Source of the DNA: Macrostomum lignano
Taxonomy: Eukaryota
Direction: 5' to 3'
Assembly (NCBI GenBank): GCA_002269645.1
Contig: NIVC01001573.1
Location: forward strand, 124,001-188,000
DNA: 64,000 nt
Shown in pieces: positions 10,101-23,200 of the stretch; position 1 is the first letter of the stretch; the number at the start of each line of letters is the position of its first letter. A model generated the notes under the pieces. That model searched no databases. It saw nothing but the letters and a program-made list of their open reading frames with translations, and was not told the DNA's origin. The position numbers and the translations under genes are program-made.

Positions 10101-13100
10101 TCACAGAGGCGGCTCTCGCGGGTCGGAGCGGCACCATGCTGGGAAATGCGGCATCATAAGAGGCGGTGGACGCAGCGGCAGCGGCGGAAACGGCAGCTGC
10201 AGACGAAACAGCCGACAAGGCCTCGGTGGCGGCGCCGCCCCTGCCGAGTTTTTCCTCGTTCGGTCCGACCGTGCCCTTCCACTTGAGTCTGGCCAGCTGG
10301 ATGAGCAGCGGGTCGGGCAGCAGGCGGTTGTCGTCTCTGCTCAGGCGGCTGGCGTGCAGGCAGGCCGTCTTGAACCTGTCCGGCACCTTGGCGTGCACGC
10401 CCAGGATGTGCTTGCGAATGTCGCCCATGCCGTGCGGGCTGGAGGCGGAGCAGCCGGAGCAGCGGAACACCCGCTTGTTATCCGACACTGTGCGAGTCAC
10501 CGCCACCTTGTAGGTGCTGTAGTACTCCATCTTCTCACGCAGAATCTCCATGGTTTCCGAGTCGCAAGCTCCCTCAATGAGGACCTGAACACAGCGCCAA
10601 AGGCGGATGGGAAACCTTTGTTCAGATGGGTCAGTGGGTCCGATAGGGACTGGGGATAAGTCAGCGTTGGATCAGGGACTGTCGGTGGGTCAGGACAGGA
10701 TGGGTCAGTCTTAGATCAGGGACTGTCGGTGGGTCAGGACAGGATGGATCAGTCTTAGATCAGGGACTGTCGGTGGGTCAGGACAGGATGGATCAGTCTT
10801 AGATCAGGGACTGTCGGTGGGTCAGGACAGGATGGGTCAGTCTTAGATCAGGGACTGTCGGTGGGTCAGGATGGGTCAGTGTTGGATCGGAGACTTCGGT
10901 TGGTCAGGATGGGTCAGTGTTGGATCAGGGACTGTCGGTGGGTCAGGATATGTCAGTCTTGAATTAGGGGATGTCGGTGGGTCAGGATAGGTCAGTGTTG
11001 GATCAGGGACTGTCGGTGGGTCAGGATAGGTCAGTGTTGGATCAGGGAATGTCGGTGGGTCAGGATGGGTCAGTGTCGAAATTCGGCAGGAAATAATTCC
11101 CAAGACAAGTGAGCGCGCGCGATACGTCAGACTCTCACCTGCAGAGCGCTAAACGAATACGGCAGTTCGACCGCCCGCTCCAGCTCGCCTTCTTCTTCCA
11201 GAACCCGCAGGCTGGCCAGCCGCTGCTCCTGGGTGGCCACCTCATGGGGCTGGATTGGCGGCTCCGACCTGCCCAGGCCGCCGCCCAGCATGGTCGGCGT
11301 TGAAGTTGACAGGCCGCCAGCCGACGAGGCGCCGGCGGGCGACGCGGTCGGCGATGATGCGGCGGCGCGGTGCTCGGAGTCGGCAATGAGGCCCAGGGCG
11401 GCTGTTGAAGCGAATTGGTGGATGCGTGAGGCTGGGACTGGGAGGCTGACCCAGCAACTGAGGATCTGGGAGGCTGACCCAGCAACTGGGGATCTGGGAG
11501 GCTGGCCCAGCAGCTGGGGATCTGGGAGGCTGGTCTAGCAGCTGGGGATCTGGGAGGCTGGCCCAGCAGCTGGGGATCTGGGAGGCTGGCCCAGCAGCTG
11601 GGGATCTGGGAGGCTGGCCCAGCAGCTGGGGATCTGGGAGGCTGGCCCAGCAGCTGGGGATCTGGGAGGCTGGCCCAGCAGCTGGGGATCTGGGAGGCTG
11701 GCCCAGCAGCTGGGGATCTGGGAGGCTGGCCCAGCAACTGGGGATCTGGGAGGCTGGCCCAGCAGCTGGGGATCTGGGAGGCTGGCCCAGCAACTGGGGA
11801 TCTGGGAGGCTGGCCCAGCAGCTGGGGATCTGGGAGGCTGGCCCAGCAACTGGGGATCTGGGAGGCTGGCCCAGCAACTGGGGATCTGGGAGGCTGGCCC
11901 AGCAACTGGGGATCAACTGGGGAACAGCAGCAGCGCACCGGATGAGCTGGACTTGAGCAGCTTGCCGGTCTCGCCGGGCCACACCGGGTGCGAGCTGTAC
12001 AGCAGGGAGGAGAACTCCGGCTGCTGCTGCTTCTTCCCCGCATCGTCGCCGCGCTGCTGCGATTCGCCCGTCAGCATCGAGCAGGAGTCCTCGCCAGGGC
12101 CGCAGCCGCTCTCGTCCAGTCGAGAGTTCTGGTTGCTAAGCGCGCTGTCGTCAAGGGAACGAGGCGCGGAAGCAAAATTCGTGGAAGCCTTGGCCGGCCG
12201 CTCGTTGGCCAGCCGGAGCAGCATCTCGTCCGCGTACAGATGCCAGTTGTTCTCCCGCGAGATGCGGCTGGCCTGACAGCAGGTGGTCAGCATCTCGTGC
12301 GAGATTCTGGCGTGGACGCCCATCACGTGACGCCTGGCGTCGGCCAGGGTGCTGGGGCGGACGCTGTTGCCCGGCCGGCGCACCGTGTGGAAGACGCGGC
12401 CGCAGATGCACTTGTACGCCACGGTTTTTCCGCGGGCAATCTGCCTGACCAGCTGGTACTTGGAGTAGGCCCGCATCTTCGCCACCAGACTGTCCTGGTG
12501 CGGCCGGTCGCTGGCGTCCCGGAGCAGGTGGCGGAGCACCGCCTCGGAGAAGGGCAGGTTGATCACCTGGCGGGGAGGCGACGGACAGACACTCCTTAGA
12601 GTCCGTTCTGCTTATTGACATTCAGTCTGGCACTCTTAGATTCAGTCTGGCACTCTTAGATTCAGTCTGGCACTCTTAGATTTAGTCTGGCACTCTCAGA
12701 TTCAGTCTGGCACTCTCCGATTCAGTCTAGCAATCTCAGATTCAGTCTGGCACTCTCCGATTCAGTCTGACACTCTTAGATTCAGTCTGGCACTCTTAGA
12801 TTTAGTCTGGCACTCTTAGATTCAGTCTGGCACTCTCCGATTCAGTCTAGCAATCTCAGATTCAGACTGGCACTCTTAGATTCAGTCTGGCACTCTCAGA
12901 TTCAGTCTGGCACTCTTAGATTCAGTCTGGCACTCTTAGATTCAATCTGGCACTCTCAGATTTAGTCTGGCACTCTTAGATTGAGTCTAGCACTCTTAGA
13001 TTCAGACTGGCACTCTTAGATTCAGTCTGGCACTCTCCGATTCAGTCTGACACTCTTAGATTCAGTCTGGCACTCTTAGATTCAGTCTAGCACTCTTAGA

Positions 13101-14541
13101 TTCAGTCTGGCACTCTCCGATTCAGTCTAGCAATCTCAGATTCAGACTGGCACTCTTAGATTCAGTCTGGCACTCTCAGATTCAGTCTGGCACTCTTAGA
13201 TTCAGTCTGGCACTCTTAGATTTAGTCTGGCACTCTCAGATTTAGTCTGGCACTCTTAGATTGAGTCTAGCACTCTTAGATTCAGACTGGCACTCTTAGA
13301 TTCAGTCTAGCAATCTCAGATTCAGTCTGGCACTCTTAGCTTCAGTCTGGCACTCTCAGATTCAGTCTAGCACTCTTAGATTCAGTCTGGCACTCTCCGA
13401 TTCAGTCTAGCAATCTCAGATTCAGACTGGCACTCTTAGATTCAGTCTGGCACTCTCAGATTCAGTCTGGCACTCTTAGATTCAGTCTGGCGCTCTTAGA
13501 TTCAATCTGGCACTCTCAGATTTAGTCTGGCACTCTTAGATTGAGTCTAGCACTCTTAGATTCAGACTGGCACTCTTAGATTCAGTCTAGCAATCTCAGA
13601 TTCAGTCTGGCACTCTTAGCTTCAGTCTGGCACTCTCAGATTCAGTCTAGCACTCTTAGATTCAGTCTGGCACTCTCCTATTCAATATTTCAGTCTCCTA
13701 TCTAATGTCATTTTTCCGTTTGATCTGGCACTCTGATACTCAATCTATCACTATTCTATTCAATCTGTCACTCCGCACACCAGAAAATCTCGCGAGTTCA
13801 AACCTCCTCCTCGTCAACCCCGTCGGCCTCCTCAAAGTGGCTGGGGTTCTGGCCGAAGTGCAGCATGGCGCCTTTCCCAGCCGTATCGGTGAAGCCCGTC
13901 GATGAAGAAGCGGTGACAGCGGAACCCGCCGCAGGGACGCCATCCACCGAGGACGGCGTTGACGGCGGCTTCAGCTGTTGAGACAAGCTGGACGGAGGCT
14001 CCAGCACCGCGGCAGCGTCCGGGTCAAGCATCATCACATCCTCGGCGTCCTCAGACGAACCGGCGGCCCTGGGGTCGGACTGGCGAACCCGAACGAATTC
14101 CCTAGCGAGCCGGATGAGCTTGTCGTCGGAGAGCAGGGTGTACTCAGCCGGGTCCAGGCGGGACGCCTGCAGGCAGTAGCGGAAGTGCTTGGTTGAAATG
14201 CCGCAGTGGGCGCCCAGGATGTGCTTGCGAACGTCGGCCAGAGCGTGCGGCGAAGCGTAATTGCAGGAGCCGCACAGGTACTTCTTGCCGTTGCGGGCAT
14301 CCACTATCACGTACAGAGTGGAGTAGGTGGCCATCTTGGCGATGAGGTACTCCTGCAGTGCGGAGGGGAGGCTGGACTTGGGATTGCGGTGTCTCAAGAT
14401 GTGCCTGCCTGTGTGTCTGTCTGTCTTAGTGTTTGTCTGTCCATCTGTCTGTCTGTCTGGCTTAGTGTCTGTCCATCTGTCTGTCTGTCTGTCTGTCTTA
14501 GTGTTTGTCTGTCCATCTGTCTGTCTTAGTGTCTGTCTTAG

Positions 14542-14634
<93 letters not shown>

Positions 14635-14651
14635 TAGTGTTTGTCTGTCCA

Positions 14652-14702
<51 letters not shown>

Positions 14703-14735
14703 TAGTGTCTGTCTGTCCGCCTTAGTGTCTGTCCA

Positions 14736-14826
<91 letters not shown>

Positions 14827-17800
14827 TAGTGTCTGTCTGTCCATCTATCTGTCTTAGTGACTTGGCGTCTTAGTGTCTGACTGTCTACCTGTCTCTCTTT
14901 AGTCTGTCTGTCTGTCTGTTTGCCTGCCTGTCTGTTTGTCTGTCTGTCTGCCTGTCTGTCCCTCTGTCTTAGTGTCTGTCTGTCCGTCTTGGTGCCGTAC
15001 TGTCTGTCTGTTGGTGTGTCTTTAAATGCAAACCATCAAACATCCAGTAGCAGCCAATCAATCACCTGCGACTCCCTGCTGAAGTGCTGGGTCAGCTGCC
15101 TGAGCACGGCGGTGCTGTACGGCAGCGGCACCCGGTGGCGAAAGGCGTCGATGCGCACCGGCCGTGGCAGGCTGCGCTCGTTCTCGGGCTCGGATTTGCG
15201 AACCTGCGGCAAGCGGCAAATTTTAATGAGCGAGTGTACTACTGCCGCTTGGCGGATGTAGTAGTTGGCGAGGGACACGAAAAATGCAGTATACAGTGAA
15301 ACAGTGAATTTTTGGCGGGGTTGATCAGAGATTCTTGGGTAGGGTTGTTGAGTAGACTATTTGGTAGGGTTGAGTAGTCTGTTGGGTAGGATTGGGTAGA
15401 TTATTGGCTGGGGTTGGGTAGACTACTGGATAGGGTTGGGTAGACTGTTGGGTAGACTACTGGATAGGGTTGGGTAGACTGTTGGGTAGGGTTGAGTAGA
15501 CTGTTGGGTAGGGTTGAGTAGACTGCTGGGTAGGGTTGGGTAGACTATTAGGTGGGGTTGGGTAGACTATTGGGTGGGGTTGGGTAGACGAAAGGGTGGG
15601 GTTGGGTAGACTATTGGGTGGGGTTGGGTAGACTATTGGGTGGGGTTGGGTAGACTGTTGGGTAGGTTTGGGTAGACGATTGGGTGGGGTTGGGTAGACT
15701 ATTGGGTGGGGTAACAGGGTTGGGTAGACTGTTGGGTGGGGTTGGGTAGACTATTGGGTGGGGTTGGGTAGACTGTTGGGTAGGTTTGGGTAGACTATTA
15801 GGTGGGGTTGGGTAGACGATTGGGTGGGGTTGGGTAGACTGTTGGGTGGGGTTGGGTAGACTATTAGGTGGGGTTGGGTAGACTGTTGGGTAGGTTTGGG
15901 TAGACTATTGGGTGGGGTTGGGTAGACGATTGGGTGGGGTTGGGTAGACTGTTGGGTGGGGTTGGGTAGACTATTGGGTGGGATTGGGTAGGCTATTGGG
16001 TGGGGTTGGGTAGACTGTTGGGTGGGGTTGGGTAGACTATTGGGTGGGATTGGGTAGGCTATTGGGTGGGATTGGGTAGGCTATTGGGTGGGGTTGGGTA
16101 GACTGTTGGGTGGGGTTGGGTAGACTATTGGGTGGGATTGGGTAGGCTATTGGGTGGGATTGGGTAGGCTATTGGGTGGGGTTAGGTAGACCCACCAGGG
16201 TGATGGCGCCGGCTTTGTTGCTACCCGGAACCGGCTGAGTGAACTTCAGGCAATCTCGCACGGTGTCTCTCGGTATGCCCAGATGAACGCTAAGCAGATG
16301 CCGTTTAAAATCGCCCAGGCCGTAGGGAAAGGCCCGCTTGCATTCCGGGCACTCCGGGATGCGGCGCTGGTTCTCGCGGCCCAGGATTTTCACTCGATAG
16401 CCGCAGAACAGCTTCATCTTGGCGATGAGGGTCTCCGTGGCGGCCGTAGCCGGCCTGGCGGCCCTGTAGGCCTCCTCGTGGAACGGGAAGCTCACGTACT
16501 CGGTGGTTTCGCTGGACACGTCCAGACGGGGCACTTTTGTACCGTCGGCTGTTGCTGGACCGGCTGCGGCGGCATTGGCGGCGGCTGGTGACGCAGAGAT
16601 GAGGGAGGCGAGCGCTGAGCTGGGCTGCTCATCCAGTGGCCGCTTCCGAACCAGCTGCAGGAGCTGCTGCTGCTGCTGAGGCTGCGGCTGTGGCGGCGGT
16701 GGCGGCGGCGGCGGCAGCTCCTCAACGAGCGTCTTGGCCAGCATTACGCGAGAAGTGCGAATGTCTTCTTGGAGCAGAGTGGCCTGAAATAAAAGTTGAA
16801 ATTTGAAACTTTCCACTGAGAATCAGGGGAGGATTTCACTGAGGATCAGGGGTGGATTTCACTGAGGATCAGGGGAGGATTCCACTGAGGATCAGGGGTG
16901 GATTTCACTGAGGATCAGAGGCGGATTCCACTGAGGATCAGGGGTGGATTCCACTGATTATCAGGGGCGGATTCCACTGATTATCAGGGGCGGATTCCAC
17001 TGATGATCAGGGGCGGATTCCACTGATGATCAGGGGCGGATTCCACTGATTATCAGGGGCGGATTCCACTGATTATCAGGGGCGGATTCCACTGATGATC
17101 AGGGGTGGATTCCACTGATGATCAGGGGCGGATTCCACTGATGATCAGGGGCGGATTCCACTGAAGATCAGGGGCGGATTCCTAGTTATAACCCGAGTTG
17201 GCAGTGCAGCAGAGGACAATAAAATGAGTCGAAGACTCTAGCTCGAAGAAAGGGTTGCGCCACTGAATTTCCCCGCAAGCCTCGCTGCCCTGTGAAGAAT
17301 TCAACGTGTCGTTCGCGGGCACGATGACGTCACAATGAATGACGTCATTCTAATCGAAATGAAGCCCCCAGAAAGCCCAAGAGGACCGGACAATGATAGA
17401 ATGAACTCTGGCACAATTGCCCAACAACAAGCCTGCGCAACACTCGACCCTGTTCCACACAACCCCTGCCTCTCTTCCTGTCGAGTCGAGCCAAATGCAG
17501 ACGAGACCCGGTCGATGCGGACCGGACGGACAGTCAGTGCAACTCAGTACCACTCACCCACACTGACCGGCCAGTCATTCAGCGCGGTATCTTCCTCCCT
17601 CTCTCCCTCTATAGGGGAGCATTCTGTTCATCCAGACCCGGCCATCTGCGCGGTCCTTCGACAAGCAAGCAGCGGCCGCCCAAGGCCCCGGCAGTGTTCC
17701 ACGCCAGCCATGGAGCTTCATCCGTTTTGCCTGCCTTTCCCGCCAACCCCTAGCGCGGCCGGGTTCCCCCCCCCCCACCCACACCACAGGCCTTCACTGC

Positions 17801-19533
17801 AGTCAAGGCCCGGCCGCTGTCGCGCTGCAATCATCCGCTGTGCTTCCTCTCCTCTCTCTCTCTCTTTCTCTCACTGCAGACAGACTCCTGGAGAGCCTGG
17901 AGCTTCAACCGCCGGCCTGCGTCCGTCGGGACGGGGTGAGGATGGAGGAAAGAGAGACGACCGGGGGGCCCCAAGGACGAATGCAGCCCCGACAGTGAAG
18001 GGGCAGGCAGGCGGGCAGGCAGAGACGGGCAGGGCCGCTGCGTGTGGAAATGGAAGAGAGGAGAGGAGAGATGGAGGCACTGAAGGCAGGCAGGCCGGGG
18101 GACCCCGCCCGATTCAGGGCTGCCTCGGCGTTGGAGAGGCAGGCAAGCAGGCAGGCAGGCGGGGCTTTGAGGTGAAAAAGGAGGCTCTGCCCGATACAGC
18201 CAGCCAGAGCCCACAGCCGAAGCCACAGCAGGCGCGGTCGTGACGCTGACTGGGGGGGGGGGGGCCGCGGCAAGGCCAAATGAGGCAGGCCTCTGGACCT
18301 TGGCGGCTGGGCGGGGGCAGAGAAGCAGAAGAGAGACCGAGGAGGAGAAAGAGGAGCCGGGGGGCGGGTAGGAGGCGGACAGACAGGAGCTGAGCTGACT
18401 CACTCGATCTCGGCATTCAAACAGACAGCGCAGCGCAGGCAGGAGATGCAGCGAGAATGCGAATAGACAGGCGGGCACAGGAAGCAGCAGCAGGTGCAAA
18501 GACTGTTGATGCCGCAGATGCTTTTCCGCCAGCCCTCAGCTTCTATCGCTGAATCTTGCCTTTCCCATTCTGTCTGGATCGTCTCTGATTGCGCCCCGGC
18601 GACGCAGCTGCGAAATCTCGCCAAGAGAAGAAGAAAATGAATTAAGAATTTTCCAGAAATTTCTGTCATCGTGGCCGGTGCAAAAGAAACCGCGCCCCAA
18701 AAGAAATCGAAGAGGCGAGACCCGCGAGCGAGGGCCACAGGCCCGCCCGCGGCACACAGGAAGGGGAGCGGGGAGGTGGGGAAACGCACGCGCAGGGCAC
18801 AGGCTAGTGGAAAGGCCTGAACAGAGGAAATGGAAGTCAAGCCCCGTCCAGCTTAGAAGGGTGTCGCTAAAGGAGGTCATAAATGCACAACCGCCCGAGT
18901 TGAACTGAGTTGAAGCTCTGGCTTCCTTCAATGCGTCTGAGTTTCCACTCTCACGGTGGGCGCCAAATGTTGAGCTGGAGCACAACTCACGCAATGTGTA
19001 CATAGAGAGAGAGCAGCCACACACAGTTATAGCATTGCTGAAATCATTCAGCGCATTTCTACTTTCCACCTTCGCTACAAGCGTATGCCGCGCAGACAGT
19101 CACACACACGCACGCACAGACTGTCAAGCGGCTGACAATCCGGCCCAGCAGACACTGACGGGGTAAGAAAGGCAGGCAGGCGGCCAGTCCAATGCGCGAG
19201 TGCGTACACAACGCGACAGCCACGCAGCGCCCGGCCAGCAGTGACACAGCCCAGCCTGCTAGAATTTAGGTGGGGTGGCAGCAGCGGCTGGAGGACCCGC
19301 GCGAGGCCCGCCTAAGCTTCTAGTCTCTCTCCACTGCCTGTCGCCCTCTCTCACTCGGGGGTCCGCAACCTCCCCGATTCTCTCTCGCTGAGCGGCGCAG
19401 TTGCAGGCTGCAGCCAGCGGCTGGGGAGAGGAGGTCGCTGCAATCTCTCGATGCGGTCCCGGCCTCTGGGAAACAGTGTGAGAGAGGCAGAGAAGCTCTC
19501 TCTGTCAGGCAGGCCGCACGCAGCAGCGCGGGT

Positions 19534-19570
<37 letters not shown>

Positions 19571-20257
19571 GCCTCTCCTCTCCGTGGCTCGGCCCCCGGG
19601 GCAGTCCAGACCGCGGGGCTTCCGCTCCCTCGGTCCACCTCAACACAGCGGCAGGTTGCAAAATCTGGGCCAAGGCCGCTGATTGCCTCTCCGACCTCCG
19701 TCACCTCCGTCACCTCCGTCACCCCCCTCCGCCGTCTCCTCCGCCGCGGCGCTCTCTCGACCCGACCGTCGTTGGTCAGTCAGCAAGCAACTTGGTTCCG
19801 CTGTAACCTTCCGCCTACTTCAAGTTAAGCCTTGCCTAGGTAAAGCCTGAAGACACTGTTATAATCCGCATTAGGGGTCGGCTCGACTGACTTATGCCAG
19901 GTTGCCAGGTTACTAGCGGGCGGCCAGACTGCACAGATTCTATAGCTAGAGCTAGAAGGCCAAGGCAATGGGTGACTTGGACTGCGACTGACTGCTGAGC
20001 TTCATTCTCTCTCAAGCGATCGAGCGGGCAGGAGGCCCACCGCCGCCACCGCCGCTGCCGCCGTGGCACGCGCGCACACAGAGAGAATTCTCTCTGTCTC
20101 GCTCTCTCTTGAATTCCTTCCTTCTCTCTTCTCTCTGCCTGCCCGCCTGCCTCTTCGTCGGTCGCGTCAGCCAGCCAGCCAGCCAAGGCGGGCGGGCACG
20201 GCAGCTTTGAGAGTCCCCGAGGCCAAGAAGAGCCTCGAAGCGTAGCAATATAGAAAT

Positions 20258-20291
<34 letters not shown>

Positions 20292-23200
20292 GCGCAGCAC
20301 ACGCGAGCGGGCAGTCGCCGCCCCACCCCAACCGCCTCCCTTCAGCCAGCTCGATCTTCTTTCTTTCGAGGCCTTGCCTGGCCCGCCTGCCCGACAGACG
20401 AAGCCTCCCGAGGCAGCCAAGGCAGCCAGCAGTCGGGGCAAAGGCACACAAGCGCAGATAAACTCGGCGGCCCACCTCAATCAAGCTGTACACACACACA
20501 CACACTGCGCGACATGCCTCTTCAACAACAGAGTGCTGCACTGGTCGAGCAGTCAGTTAACCTGCCTGCCGCCCGCTTTAGCCAGCAGCTGCAGCAGGTC
20601 TAAAATTAAATGACCACTTAGTTACTAGTTGGTGAATTGATATGATCGAATATTGCCTGATTTTCATGCTCTATATATAGGTTAATATGCAGGTGTGTTT
20701 GAGCACTGCTTTGAGACCACTGCTGATGACAGGGCAGGGCCTCCGCTAAACTCGAGAGTCGCTCTATTCGCTCTATCGCTCTAAAATCGCTCTATTCCCC
20801 CCAGGACAGCCTTTAGAATCGCCCCACTCAGGACAGCCTTGAGAATCGCCCCACTCAGGACAGCCTTGAGAATCGCCCCACTCAGGACAGCCTTGAGAAT
20901 CGCCCCACTCAGGACAGCCTTGAGAATCGCCCCACTCAGGACAGCCTTGAGAATCGCCCCACTCAGGACAGCCTTGAGAATCGCCCCACTCAGGACAGCC
21001 TTGAGAATCGCCCCACTCAGGACAGCCTTGAGAATCGCCCCCCCCCCTAGGACAGCCTTGAGAATCGCCCTCAACAGCCTTGAATCACGCCATGACTGCC
21101 AGACACTGAGCTAATTAGCATACCGTAAGCAAATGAAAGCTCATCTCACCTCGGGACTGTCAGGATGCGCAGACGCAATGTGCTCCAGAATCAATGCAGC
21201 ATCCGTGGCCGCGGCGCCGCACTCTGAGCAGTGGCACAGTGTATAAGCAACAACGCTGGCTCCAGCCTCCCCAGCATCATCAGATTGCCTAGCGAAGCCA
21301 CTGCCACGACAGTCGGAGCAGAGATGCCGCAGGAATTTGCCCCAATCCACGGTGGCGAACTGGCAGGCCGGGCAGCGCAGGCCGAACACGGGCGGTCCGG
21401 CGGGTTTCTCCGGATCGGCGGCATCGGATTTGACAGTCAGACTGGCTGACGGCGGGTCGGCGAGAGGCGGCAGGCTCAGATAAGACACTGGCCGGGCAGC
21501 GCACGCCAGGTAGTCAATGCTGGCTATGGCCGTGGCCGGCTGGCTCGGGTGCCGCTTGGCCAGATGGCGCTGCACTGCCAGCTTGCTGGCGCTCTTCACC
21601 AGACAGCCGGGCACCTCGCAATGGTACAGCGGCCGGACGCTCTCCTCCAGGTGGGCTGGGCGAAGTAATCAGGCATGTACTTTTAGATGGAATCGGGGCT
21701 ATCGGTATAGAGAATATGATTGATTGTGCTCGACTCTTAGGCTTAAAGATTAGGGGAGATTCTCAGTGATTGAGACTAGGGGCGATTCTCAGTGCTTGAG
21801 ACTAGGGGCGATTCTCAGTGCTTGAGACTAGGGGAGATTCTCAGTGCTTGAGACTAGGGGTGATTCTCAGTGCTTGAGACTAGGGGTGATTCTCAGTGCT
21901 TGAGACTAGGGGCGATTCTCAGTGCTTGAGACTAGGGGTGATTCTCAGTGCTTGAGACTAGGGGTGATTCTCAGAGTGCTTGAGACTAGGGGTGATTCTC
22001 AGTGCTTGAGATTCTCAGGGCGATTCTCAGTGCTTGAGACTAGGGGTGATTCTCAGTGCTTGAGACTAGGGGTGATTCTCAGTGCTTGAGACTAGGGGCG
22101 ATTCTCAGTGCTTGAGACTAGGGGTGATTCTCAGAGTGCTTGAGACTAGGGGTGATTCTCAGTGCTTGAGATTCTCAGGGCGATTCTCAGTGCTTGAGAC
22201 TAGGGGTGATTCTCAGTGCTTGAGACTAGGGGTGATTCTCAGAGTGCTTGAGACTAGGGGCGATTCTCAGTGCTTGAGACTAGCGGTGATTCTCAGAGTG
22301 CTTGAGACTAGGGGTGATTCTCAGTGCTTGAGACTAGGGGAGATTCTCGGTGCTTGAGACTAGGGGCGATTCTCAGTGCTTGAGACTAGGGGTGATTCTC
22401 AGTGCTTGAGACTAGGGGTGATTCTCAGTGCTTGAGACTAGGGGTGATTCTCAGTGCTTGAGACTAGGGGTGATTCTCAGTGCTTGAGACTAGGGGTGAT
22501 TCTCAGTGCTTGAGACTAGGGGAGATTCTCAGTGCTTGAGATTGGGAACGATTCTTAATGCTTGAGATTCTCAGGGTGATTCTCAGTGCTTGAGATTAGA
22601 GGCGATATCAAAGGTAGAGAATAGGGGCGATACTCAAAGGTAGAGAATAGGGGCGATTCTCAAAGGTAGAGAATAGGGGCGATACTCAAAGGTAGAGAAT
22701 AGGGGCGATTCTCAAAGGTAGAGAATAGGGGCGATTCTCAAAGGTAGAGAATAGGGGCGATTCTCAAAGGTAGAGAATAGGGGCGATACTCAAAGGTAGA
22801 GAATAGGGGCGATTCTCAAAGGTAGAGAATAGGGGCGATTCTCAAAGGTAGAGAATAGGGGCGATTCTCAAAGGTAGAGAATAGGGGCGATTCTCAAAGG
22901 TAGAGAATAGGGGCGATTCTCAAAGGTAGAGAATAGGGGCGATTCTCAAAGGTAGAGATTAGGGGCGATTATCAAAGGTAGAGAATAGGGGCGATATCAA
23001 AGGTAGATAATAGGGGCGATACTCAAAGGTAGAGAATAGGGGCGATACTCAAAGGTAGAGAATAGGGGCGATTCTCAAAGGTAGAGAATAGGGGCGATTC
23101 TCAAAGGTAGATAATAGGGACGATTCTCAAAGGTAGAGAATAGGGGCGATTCTCAAAGGTAGAGAATAGGGGCGATTCTCAAAGGTAGAGATTAGGGGCG

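Noticed and set aside
11135-12043. ORFs 11135..12043 and 11242..11982 reading through the 28-bp array
   Set aside because: Phase-matched splice sites at 11939 and 11437 excise the array, and the real exon uses the third frame
15204-15356. In-frame upstream extension of the 15066 exon to a ttg/gtg start or to the AG at 15357
   Set aside because: A better acceptor (gccgcttgccgcag|GTT at 15204) gives the required phase 0, and the extension looks intronic
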